Notes under the pieces: generated by a model
The model's database searches: none
The model's input: only the letters and a program-made list of their open reading frames with translations
What the model was told of the DNA's origin: nothing
Assembly (NCBI GenBank): GCA_900088475.1
Contig: FLMG01000956.1
Coordinates: 1 to 46,999, forward strand
Reading direction: 5' to 3'
DNA length: 46,999 nt
Source of the DNA: Hyphochytrium catenoides
Taxonomy: Eukaryota > Protista > Hyphochytriomycota
Shown here: positions 1 through 12,000 of the stretch, in pieces
How positions within the stretch are numbered: the stretch's first letter is position 1
Layout of the letters: every line of letters starts with the position of its first letter
Position numbers and translations under genes: made by a program

Positions 1-26
1 CCCGTCGGTCTTCACACCTACTCTAG

Positions 27-3000
27 ATGAATAAAGGTGCTCGTAGACGTAGACACCTCAAGCATCAGCAGGGGACCGGCTCTAAGTCCACCTCAACATC
101 CGCTAAAGCGGGGGAACAAGGAGCACGAGATGGCAGTCTAACTCCTCAAGCGAGCTACGCCCCTTCCTCCTCCTTCTCATCCAATGGGAGTGGAGACCTC
201 TCAGAGGAGATTGCAAGCTGGCCGTTGAGGCCCGTATCTCCCCAGCCCTCAGCACAGAGAGTGGATCTATCATTGAGACCTGCAAGCCCAGCGAGAGATG
301 CATCGCAGGAGCGAGTTCACAGCGCCAGCGGCGGCTACCTCGTGGACATGCGACCTGCGTGGCTTAGAAGCGGCGGCTCAAGGGCAGCAAAGGAGGAGGG
401 GGCGGCCTATGCTTCCAATATCAATGGGAATCGGGAAAGCAAGGTTGTTGACCTTGAGGCTGCTGCTTTTGCTACTATTGTTGGGATTGCACAACAGCTC
501 GAAGGTGAGGAGGAGGTGGGAGGTTGGACCACGACTCCCTTGGCTGCCTCCTCGCCACCTCCTGGCCCTAGCTACCAGAGCACCGCAGGTGCTGCAGCGC
601 TGCCGCCAGCGATCAGGGAAGAGACGAAGCTGGAGTCAGATCATTCAAAGGCAGACGCCGTGAAGGATGTTGACTCCTCCTCTGACCTCCCACGGCACAG
701 CAGCAGCAAGGAGGGCAACAGTGGGCTGATGGAGAATGAAACGAGGATTTGGGGTGAAAAGATGCCGAGAACAGACGTCTCCGAGTCTACTTTTTGGGAA
801 ACGGATGGCATAGAGAACAACTGCATTCGGCTTGTCGTCCACCAGCCCAGCTCTTCCTCTCGCCTTGATAGCGACAGCTTCGGCGTCCAGATCACCTTCC
901 GCTTCTATCGACAGGAAACGAACGCTGAGGGGCAAGAAGAAACGAAAAAGAGCGAGCACACGGAGAGATATCAGCTCTATCCTCTGGAGAAGCCCTCACA
1001 GATCTGGAGCACAGAGTGGATCGGCTTGACGGACGCCGACGAGCTTGAGTATCTATACTTCTGGACTTTCAAAACGAAAAGCAAAGGAGCCCGGATATTG
1101 GAAGCATTCAAGTTTAAGAGTGAGCCCGTTAGCCAAGACTGCTTTGAGAAAGAGGCTCGACTCTTCACCATCCCTCGCCATCGCGACCAGACGGCGTTCA
1201 ATCGCTTTGACATTCTGTCTTGGTGGCGGCCCCTTTATGGTCCAGGCTCCATCTTTATCAGGCCGCAGCCTCTCACCAAGCAGCTGTCAGGGTACCTATT
1301 TCTCGCTGCGGCTGCTCAGAGAGATCATCAGTGGGATGAGGTGGCTTCAATCGTCCACCAGATGTCGGTAACATCGCAGTTCAGGAGAGATCAGCAGCCT
1401 GCTAACTTTCAGACGGCACAAGAGCTCCTCCTCATAGATGGACGCTTTGGATCTCTCTCCGCGATGCTGTACCTTGGAATCTGCTCCACAAGCTCCGAGC
1501 GAGAAGGCGCTTTCCACTCTTCCAAAGCTCTGAGTGAAGTTATTGATGAGACCGTGCTCCATACCAAGCGCGAGAAGTCGTTTCATGCGACGCTGAAGGT
1601 AGGGCTCCTGAGTATGATCCAGCACAATGCCACGTCTGCTTCGACACGTACAGAGTACGCTTGGATTCCCTTCTTGATGTGGGAAAGTCTGGACCTTACC
1701 TACAAAGTGAGCAGGTGCGGATTCCTCAACAGGAGGGCTTCGACGAATAGCCGTGAGGCTGCGGAACAAGCGTTCATGCGTAACGTCGAATCACTGTGGC
1801 CGTTCCTCCTTGCCAAGGAGGACTGGATGAAGCGGCTGGAGATTCTATTGAGTGCCTCGCCTTGTGAAGAGAGCTCACACTGGCTCTTTGTGAAGCTTCT
1901 GACTGAAAAAGACGCTCGCTACTATAGCTCTAAGGCTTTGATCTACAGCTTGTCTTCTCTGCAGGCCAGTCAGCTGCTTCTACTCGCAGAGGATGCTAAT
2001 GTACCCGTCAAGGTCAAGAGATCTAGCGTTCGCGAAGCTTTTCTCCGAAAGCTAAAGCTCAGCAGGGGGAACCAAGACATTCGCAGCTCGGTAGCAATTG
2101 CAATGAGCGAGCATGTGGGGTTCTCTGACGCTGAGGCGAAGGAAGTGTTCCGCTACTTGATTCAATCTCCGTCAATGAAGCAAGATGCTCTCAGCTTCCT
2201 GCTTCAGCCAGCTGTCTATTCCTGCTTTTATATCGACGATCCCTTTCCTAATGAAGCCCTGAGGCAGTGGCTATGTGTAAACAACGCTACGGAAGACGTG
2301 GAAGGGCTCTATAGAGCAGCCTCGCTTGGACTAAACAAGTTCACCACTGCTATAACGAGCACGGCAGAGGACAGGCGACGACTGGTCTCTGGCAGCCAAT
2401 GTCTCTTACAGCTCTGCTTAACAGAGCTTCAAGATAGATTCAATGCCATCAATGTTGTCAAAGCGGTCCCTGCCATCAGTGAAAACGCTGAGCTGCCATT
2501 GAAGGAGGAGAATGCACCTGTAAAAGAGGTTGTGACAAAGGTCTTTTTGCCAGTATTTAAGCTTGGGATTGAGAAGCTTCTCGCTGAAGACGAGCCAGAC
2601 AAGTTTGCAAACGTCATCCGCATGCTGCTTGGAGGCTTTCTGGTAGAGGGGGAGAAGAAGAAGCAGAAGAAGGGAAGTAAAGCCACAGCTAGCGGAGTCT
2701 CAGGCGGCTCAGCTCATCTGAGTGGCTACATCTTGACGTCACTACTGCTCACAGTGCTAGACATATACGAGAGGTCCAGCCCCAAAGCATTCTTTATCCA
2801 TGCTACTGCCGTCAACGCGCTGGGAAAGCCCCTTCTATCCATCCTGGACGTCCATACATTCTGGACGCTACTTTTCAACGCACAGCCCTTCCTCGCCAAA
2901 GATGTAGTTGAGCACCGGGCTATGGCACGCGCAGGCGGACTCTTAACAGACTTCTTCAGCAGCATCGTATCCCAGGAGATCCACATCGGGCGCGTTGAAG

Positions 3001-6000
3001 CTCTTCATCGGATTCCAAAGTACTCTGTGAGGCTTGTAGGCCTAAGCACGGCGCTCTCTAAACAAAGAAAGGACCAGCCACAGGTCACAGAAGCTGTTAT
3101 TAGCAAGCTTGAGCTCAATTTAAGCAGGTTCAAGCAAGCGTTGAAGGACGTGGATAGATGCCTCCACAGCTTCTTCGAAGCAAGAGACTGGCGGGCGTCG
3201 GACCTCGCTGACTATCTGGTGGACTACCAAAAGCTTGTGGACGACCATCAAGAGCTTGAGATGCAGCTGCTCCAGCAGCAGCCACAAGAAGAAGGCGTTG
3301 GAACAAAAGAAGACGAGACCGATAACAACATCATTCTATGGGGCTCAGTCGCCAATATCTTGCCATTTGTCATGAACTACGCCCCGCTGGTAGGGTCCGC
3401 ATTTGTCCGTCAGTCGTGGCAGCTGGAAATAAGAACGTGGCAGGATGAGAATCGGGGCGCTGACTTGGAGGTGATCACGCTGGCAACTACAATTAGCACG
3501 ATGGTGTTCGAAGAAAGACTTCCAAACTTCTTCTCGTGCCTCAAGCAGAGAGACCCTCAGCTTTCCCTGGCTGATGCTCGGGACCGCTGCTTCGGTGTCA
3601 GCCCTGATAGCGTTAGGCAGGAGCTGGAGATGCTTTTTGCACACCTCACGGACTTCAGCGAAGACATCGATGACATTCACAAGGCGATTCTGGACTACAT
3701 GCGCTTGCCCGAGGTGGTAGCCAATGCTCAGGGACTACTGGCGCTGTTTCAGCTGTTTCATCGCGAGAGCGGCTTTGGTGCCGCTGTCAGTGCAGCCCGG
3801 ACTCTCTCTGACGTCCTGGCGCCGGATCAACTCTCAAGGACAAATTTCGTAGAGGCCATTGATTGCTTGAGACTCTTCCTGTCGGAGACGCGAGAATTCC
3901 AGGATGCTATGCCCTTCTTCACGGTTCTATCACAGTGCGAAGAGCTCGTGAACTTTGTGGAGGAAGTGATAGAGGAGGAGAACTTGAACCTTATCGATGC
4001 TGTTGAGGAGCACGGCGAGTCTTTCATCCGACCAGACACGATATCAGACCTTGACATGCTTCGACGTGTCCTGAACCCTGTGATCAAAGACAAAAGCCTC
4101 CAGGGCGTCAAGCTATTGCTACGGATTCGAGAGCAAGCAGTCAGGGAGAGTGGAAGCTCTAAAGCGTCATTGGTCTTCCCAACGCTGGCGATGAGAGTGC
4201 AACATTGTTCTCAGTACGCCCACGGACTTCGAGATCTGTTTCACAGAGTTGCCCGAAGGCAGGAGCTCACGAAGACCTCAGTTGCATATCTATTGCAAGA
4301 GGGTGAGATCTATCTCCACCGCACGGCCGGGGAAGAATCGCTGCTATACACTGTGGAGGCAGAGCTAAAAAATCGTGATGGTGAGCTTCAAAGGTATGAC
4401 AGAGCAAGGCTGGAAGACCTAAAGGGCCGGGCGATGCTGCAGCTCAGCTCTTCAAAGCGACCGTACTCGGGACATCCAGAGCTGGGCCAGGAAGAGAAGA
4501 TCGACGAGGAGGAAGTACTTCTCCGCGAAGCTAAAAGTCGGGAGTCTCTCACGATCTTCGCGTCAGCAGTGCAGACCGCATGCTCAATATGTGACACACT
4601 GACTGAGCTGGAATCCCTGGGCCATTTTGACTTCCGTTTAGGCTGGGAGCGGCGCCTCTCTAGCTTTGATCCTATCATCCTCAAGGACTTAGAAGCTTTA
4701 CTGGTGAAGACACTGGACAACTGGCGAACGTGCTTGGCGGAGCTGCGCAGTCATTACTATTTCTTTGGCTTCTACTTTTCCAAGCAGTTTTGGGCGCTGC
4801 TGGACTTCTTGGAAGGGACCCACAGCCGTCAGTCTCTTGCCACTGCTTCTCACATTAGCCTCCTTCGCATGGTTAACCCTATGATCGATACCGATAGGGT
4901 GCTACAGCTATGGCACGGCAGATATGGAAATGAAGGTGTAGAAACGAGGAAGGAGGTTCGTCTCCCTGATTGTATGAAGGTCGTGGACCTTGAAGAAGAT
5001 ACACGGAGGGCTATTCACTCGTCTGACAACCAAGAGAAACTCAGGGGGTTGGCGATGGCTATCGAAGGCTTGTTTCAGTCTCTCTCGGTTCCCTCAGCTT
5101 CTGGAGTAGTAGCCAATGAGAGCTCTTCTCTTCCACTCATGGAAGAACTCTCTGGCCAGCGAGTGGTCCTCGCAACGTATAGCAACGAGCCGGATCTCTT
5201 TCTTACCGTGTTCAACCTGTTTGACACGTACATGGGCTCGACAGATCTTCTTCGTCACCACTTCCTGATATGCAATGACTCCACGCATAGAGATGAGATC
5301 GAGGGCTTCTCTTCCCGTGTCTTCTACCCTGGGCAGCCCACGCAAGGATTGCACTGCATTCTCAACTTCCACCGCCTCCCGCATGAGAAACGAGCATTCT
5401 TGACTTCTTCTCTGGTTGCTGCCGCTCATGGAGCACACAAAGATTCATCCGCGGTAGTCGTCATTGTCATCCCTCTCGCCTTCAAGAAGTTCCTTGAGCA
5501 TTTGGACTTTCCCGTAGTTCCTGTGGCTCCGATGCACACCAGCAAGTATGCGCGAACGCTTCAGAGGATCCGTGACAACGTCCTGGTTGTCGCTTCGAAT
5601 GGTGCTGGACTAGGAAAGACGGAGTACATTAAGTCTCATGCTGATGCCACTTTTCAGAAGCGGGTTTACACTGTGCCCATAGGTGACGGATGTACTCGAC
5701 AGTCCCTGATAAGACAGTTAGCTAACGTCCGCTTGGAGGACAATGAGTGCCTGCACTTTGACATCTCGCTCCTCGAGAACCCACAGGAGATAAACATCGC
5801 TCTTTTTGAGATATTGCCGCTTGGGTGTCTTCAGATCGGCGCTGATGTCTTTGATGTCGACCGTAAGACTTTCTGTTACGTTGAGCTGGCTGCCACTTAT
5901 CGGAGTAGACTTCAAAAGTCACTAAGCTTTCTGGATGGGTTCATGGTCGAGAACATAACGTGGAGCCTGGACAAGTTGGTGGTCTCGGAGGAGGTCAACA

Positions 6001-9000
6001 GCAACATACAAGTGGTATGCAATCACCTATATCGCTTGGAGCGGCAACGCTTTACGGAGGAGGAGCTACACTTGTCAGGAGCCAAGAAGAACATTGTGGC
6101 ATTGCCGGCAGGAGAATGCCGTCGTTTGCTCCAGAAATACTTCTATGACCACCTTGAGGGCACTGTATCTCTCAACACATTGCACGTATACCTCTCAGTC
6201 CTCGCCAATCAACTTCACAAGTTCGCCACAAGTACCTTCTTCGCCTTGGACACGCTGAGGCTGATCGGTCTCCGAGAGTTCACAGCGCGAACGGCGGTGG
6301 TGGAGAGCTTAAACGATGTTTCTCGAGACTTCGCTATACGCTCGATTCGCCACACGCGGCACCGACAGGAGAATGCGCTTGATAGCTCTGATCTCAGCAA
6401 CGCTGCTACTGAGATGAATGGCAGCCATACGCAATTGGACGAACGGGGAGCTGTGGATGAGTTCATGAACGCTGGTCTCGTCCGATGGGAAGATGACAAT
6501 CAGCTTATGGTACTCTTCCATCCTGGTTATGGCTCCATTACAGCGCTCTACCGCGACCCCAATGAGGTTGAGGCAAGAATTCGCACGCTCGTGGAGTCGC
6601 AAACGCGAAGTAGAGACATGGTCAACTACTTCAGCATGAACGATGCTGAGCTGCGTGTTGAGCTCGCCAAGTTCGTCCGGGACATCAGCAAAGGTCCTGA
6701 GGAGTATATTATCACCCCCGACAACTTCTTAAAGATGGTGATGATGCTTCTTCGAGTAGACGCGAGGATCCCTGTCATTCTAATGGGAGAGACGGGCTGC
6801 GGCAAAACTTCCCTGATCCAGTTCGTCGCCAAAGTCAACTGCGCAAAGCTCTTTTGTCTCAACATTCATGCGGGTATCGGCATCGACGACATTGTAGACT
6901 TTGTGAAGAGATGCGAAGCAGAGGAGCCAGAGGTAGATGGTGGACAAATCTGGATTTTTCTTGATGAGATCAACACTTGCAATCACTTGGGAGCCATAAA
7001 TCGGCTGATCTGTCATCGTCTGATTGAGGGCCGACGGGTGTCTCCTAACGTAGTCTTTTTTGCAGCATGCAATCCCTACAGGCTCAAGAGACAGGGAAAC
7101 ACGACCGCGGGCCTGGACTCTGAGCAGAAGCGTAAGGAGGATCGCATGTCAAAACTCGTGTATCGAGTCTATCCCTTGCCAGAGACGATGCTGGACTACC
7201 TCTGGGACTTTGGCTCCTTGTCACCCAAGCAAGAAACCTCCTACATCCGCGCTGTTTTTCATAAAATGACGGAGCTTCTAGCGGGAGGGGCGGGAATGGC
7301 AGAACTTCTCTGTGACATCATCTCTGCTGCGCATGAGTTTGTTCGAGAGGTAGAGGATCGTAGCGCCGTAAGCATGAGAGACGTTCGACGGTGCAAGACG
7401 TTGCTTCAGTGGTTTATCAAGAACAAGCGGTCCCGCCCACCTCTAAAATCTGAAGGCTTCATCAGCGCCATCGCCAAGTGGTGGATGGGCGACCAGCAAA
7501 CGGAGAAAGAAGACAACGATGGTCCCATGGGCGATAGGAGCGACGTCGATCTGCTGTCCCGATGCATCGTACTCGCCATCGCTCACTGCTATCGCTCCAG
7601 GCTCCCTCTGGTAGCGATGAGAGAACGATTTGACGACGAAGTGCTGGCCAGAGCTTTCTCCAGTCAAGGGTTAGACCATGTTAACCGCCAGTGGATCCGG
7701 AAGGAGATCCATCGAGAGCAGAATGACTATCTGATGAGGATGAACCTAGGCCCAGGCATAGCCCTCAATGATGCTCTCAGGGAGAATGTCTTTGTACTGC
7801 TGATCTGTATTCTCCTCAAGATTCCTGTCTTCCTTGTGGGCAAGCCTGGTAGCAGTAAGACGCTAGCGATGAAGAGAATAGAAGGCAATCTTCGTGGGCA
7901 AGACTCTAAGGACGAGTTTTTCAAGACATTGAATGAAGTCAAAGTTGTCTCCTACCAAGGGTCCGTTAGCTCCAACTCTGAAGGTATCCTCTTGGCCTTT
8001 AAGAAGGCCAAATCTTACGCTTCCAATGCCAACGAATCGACAGTCGTTGTGCTTATCGATGAGGTCGGACTTGCAGAGACTTCGCCATTCAACCCTCTCA
8101 AGGTGCTTCACTCCTTCCTCGAATACAGCGATTTCCAGCAAAACTCCGACGTTGCAGTTGTAGGCATCAGCAATTGGTCTCTGGATGCAGCGAAGATGAA
8201 TAGAGCGATCCACATTGCACGCCCAGAACCGTCGTGTGAAGAGCTCTGTCAGACGAGTAAAGAGATCATGGGGAGCCTGCAGCCGTCACACCATTGGCGA
8301 AAAGAGGTCAATTCACTCCTTGAGGGCTTGAGCAATGGGTACTTGAAGCTCTTCCACACGCAGTTGAAACATCCGCGTTATGCCAACTTCCATGGCCTCA
8401 GGGACTTCTATTCTACCATCAAGCACATTGGTAAGCAAACGGACCAACAAGTTACACTTCAGTGCATTCTGGACGCTGTGGCGAGGAACTTTGGTGGAAT
8501 TCCGCCGTCTGAGAGCCAGCTAAAAGAGCTGCTCTCGGTGGCTACTAGGGGCGATGAGTTCCAACGCACAGAGGAGTACAGAAGCACACTCTCCGTTAAG
8601 ACCCTCATTCAACGCAATCTGAAAGACACAGATTGTCGTCATTTGATGCTACTGACAACAGGCGACGCGATACTCACAGTAATTGATGGCCTCTTTACGG
8701 ACTGCGGCGTACCCTCGCCGCGGATTATGATAGGGAGCAAGCTGAGAGGTGACCAGTCCGAGGCCTATCACTACAAGATGCTGAGCGAGATCATTGAGTG
8801 TATGGAGTCTGGTGTCGCACTCATCCTGAAGGATATGGACCCAATCTATGGCAGTCTCTATGACATGTTGAACCAGGCTTACACGCCTATAGCCGGGAAG
8901 ATGCATTGCCGCGTCGCCCTTGGAGCTTTCAGCAACCCGATGTGCCACGTTCACGAGCGCTTCAAGTGTGTAGTCGTAGTTGAGAGCTCCAAGGTCCATT

Positions 9001-12000
9001 TGTTGGATCCTCCATTCCTGAATCGCTTTGAGAAGCAAGTGCTCGAGTTCTCTTTGTTGCTCAATGCCAGCCAGGAAGTGTTACTTAGGCAGCTGCGTCA
9101 ATGGGTGGAGGATGCAACGACTATCTCTGTGACTGGTGAGGCAGCGTGGGATGATGTGACGTTCACGGCGAGAGACCTCTTTTCTGGCTTCGGCAAGAGT
9201 ACGCTGGAGTCTCTCATTGCGACTGTGGGGGAGGAGAGGTCGTTGAATGCGGCTCTACGATTATGCAAGAGGCGTCTGATGAGGACCGCATCTTGCGATG
9301 GCGTAATGAGGCTATTTGCTTCCAAGCTATATAGTCGCGATCCAGACGAAGTCTCTATGCTTGTGGCTACGTATTTTGCGGATGCTGGACATTGTAGTCT
9401 CAAGAGATTAATGGAGACGGAGCTGTGGCGGAAGGAAGAGGAATTGGACATGCAGGAGGAGGAAGCTAAGGAAGGTGTGAGAAGCGCACCTCACTCAGCC
9501 TGAGCGAAGGGCTCTGCTCTAGGGCTGTGATCACCACATTTACGGCGTTGCACTTCTTGGAACCGACACTTCATCTCCCCACCCTTCCTATCGGGGCAGC
9601 CATGCCTTCCTCGGCAGCGAAGCTATCAAGCGGTAAAGCGGGAGAGCGAGTGCCTACAAGCCAGGTTCCGTACATTCGTGTGAAGTTGGCGTCCTTTGAG
9701 ACCGAAAGCAGCTTGGCTGACTGTATTCACCACTTTTTTCATGAAGACAGCAAATCATACCTGATCCTCGAGTGTGATGCCTTCTTCGAGAAGTCTCTTA
9801 TACTGCTCGCGAAGTTCCTCGTCGATCGCGCTGCTAGCCAGTATGAACGTGAGGGGAAGGATGTTCCTCACATTGCAAAGGAAGTCGTCTTCTTAGTTCA
9901 TCTCTCCCGTATACTTCTGGATGATGAAGAAGATGAGCCCTGGACATTATGCTTTGCGAAAGGCTGGCACATGTACCACATCGACAGTATCCTCATCCCT
10001 GAAGGTGGCTGGGAGACGCTTAAGTCTCACGTGGCAGCTGGTGGTATAGATGAGATCCTCAGTGACCGTGAGCTCATGGCAAGCCTGGTTCAAACGGAGC
10101 TTCTTCCATCTTTCCAACGCATTCGGCATGTTCAAGTGACTGGGGCCCAAGGGCGAGCTTCGATGGCTTCTCGTGTCCGTGATCTCTGCCGAGCAATTCA
10201 ACAGAATGTAAACGGGCGACTTTACGCCTTCTGCGACATCGTCCAGCAAGAAATCCTGAAAGAAACTGCTTCTCAAGTGGGAGGAAGGCACTGGTTACTG
10301 CCTGCAGTCACGGACCATGAGCTGCTTGAGCTCAGCTCGTTCTCACTGTTTGCGTGCATTCCAGCTTACCTCGGAAACCTAGTAAGAGGCCATCTCACAC
10401 GCCTCATCTACGTACTTGAGTCACAATCAGCGCTTGACGCCCTACTAGCTCCAGACATGCCGTTCCTTGAAGTGCTGGGCCAGGCGTTTCGCCAGGGCTA
10501 CGTCCTTGACGTGTTTCAAGCCACAGCGAAGAAAGACGGAGCCCAGATGTACGAGATTGAAAAGTTACACCTCGGGCTGCGCTTCCCGTTCTCTAAAGCT
10601 GCGTGGATGGTGACGCAGGAGTACCGATGCGCCCTAGAGCAAGAAGTGCGAGAGCTGCGCATTGGTAGTAAAGTCAGCCATGAGATCTTCACCTCGGACC
10701 ATCTTTGGCCTTTGAGACGCAAGTATTTGAGCCAGATCCGATCCGCAACTGAAAAGCTCTACGGACCGTTCTTCTCGCCTTCGGGGTCGATCGAGAAGGA
10801 TGAAAGACAACATGAGGACGCATCGCTCGATGACACCGTCACAGCTGTCCTCTCCCATGAAGTCTTTATTAAGGATATGATGCTGCTTTACGCATCCTCC
10901 CTTGTTATGGACCGCCCATACGAGGTCGAGTCGTCTGCCGAGATGCTGCAGCAGATAATGCCCCTCTTTGTCGACATTTCCGGTCTTTACCCGAAAGGAT
11001 TGAATGTAGAGCCTGGAGCTTGTCACATCGACATCTGGAACAACTGGGGGCCGCTCTCGGTTGTCCTTACGGTCTTACAGAGGATGCACTCAACATCGAA
11101 GCTAACGATCCTGGAAGCTCTGGTCGCCTCTGGTCAAGAGCACAGACAGAGAGACCGTCTCATGTATGATTTAGCGACGAAGTGTTGCGCTCTACACCTG
11201 GAGTCTTGCTGTCGTGAATGGGACAACCCTGGCAGTTGGTTGGGAGGTATAGATCGCACCTTGGCGGATGTTAAAGAGCTGCTAGCGGCGACGGGTACCT
11301 TGGAGCTTGATGGGTCACTTGGTGAAGTTGACGACAGTCTGGCATTGCTGAAAAACTTCTACTTGCTGCGAGTGATACAGGACCTAGCACATGCGGCTCC
11401 TCGGAACGTGGTCCAGATGTTGAAGACTGGAGAAGAAGAGAGACTGGCTTTGGACGTCAACTTCTTGCAGCAGATCCGGGGATGGGCCCGTGAGTGCGAG
11501 AACATCAGATCTCCTCGTGAATGTCTGGCGACCGTGGCTGAGCGCTTTCTCTTCGTGGCCTCAGAGTGCTTCGTCCCTACCGTGGAGTGTGAGTCTATTG
11601 TTCAGGCCGATCTCTTCCTTGCAATCTGCGATTGTCTCAACGATCTTTCCAGCGATCCTCCAATAGCTGTGGCCCAACTATTGAGCCTCTTCTTGCTGCA
11701 GATATGGTCCGCCTTAACCGGATGTGTGAGTAACTCCGACGACGGAGAGAACGATTTATCCTTTCTCCTGAACAATCGAATGAGCAAGGAGCAGTTGCAC
11801 ATGTTAGACGGTGTTATCGCTTCGTTGTCACGCGCGAAAGGCACGCTGCTAGAGATTATGATACTCGATATCCTCCTGGTAGAGCAATTCTTCCCCTCCA
11901 GTGCCGAGTCGAGCAGTGACGGAGGACAAGACAGAGAGCAAGATGTATCAACGGCGTCAGACGACTCTCTGACTCCGCAACATTGTACACTGTTTGAAGC

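Noticed and set aside
9470-9503. Classical -1 ribosomal frameshift or selenocysteine/stop readthrough
   Set aside because: No X XXY YYZ slippery heptamer in the overlap; readthrough of TGA 9501 stays in frame 0 and hits another TGA at 9528.
11160-11240. Cys cluster KCCALHLESCCREW as a RING remnant
   Set aside because: Spacing is incompatible with RING; it reads as helical scaffold.
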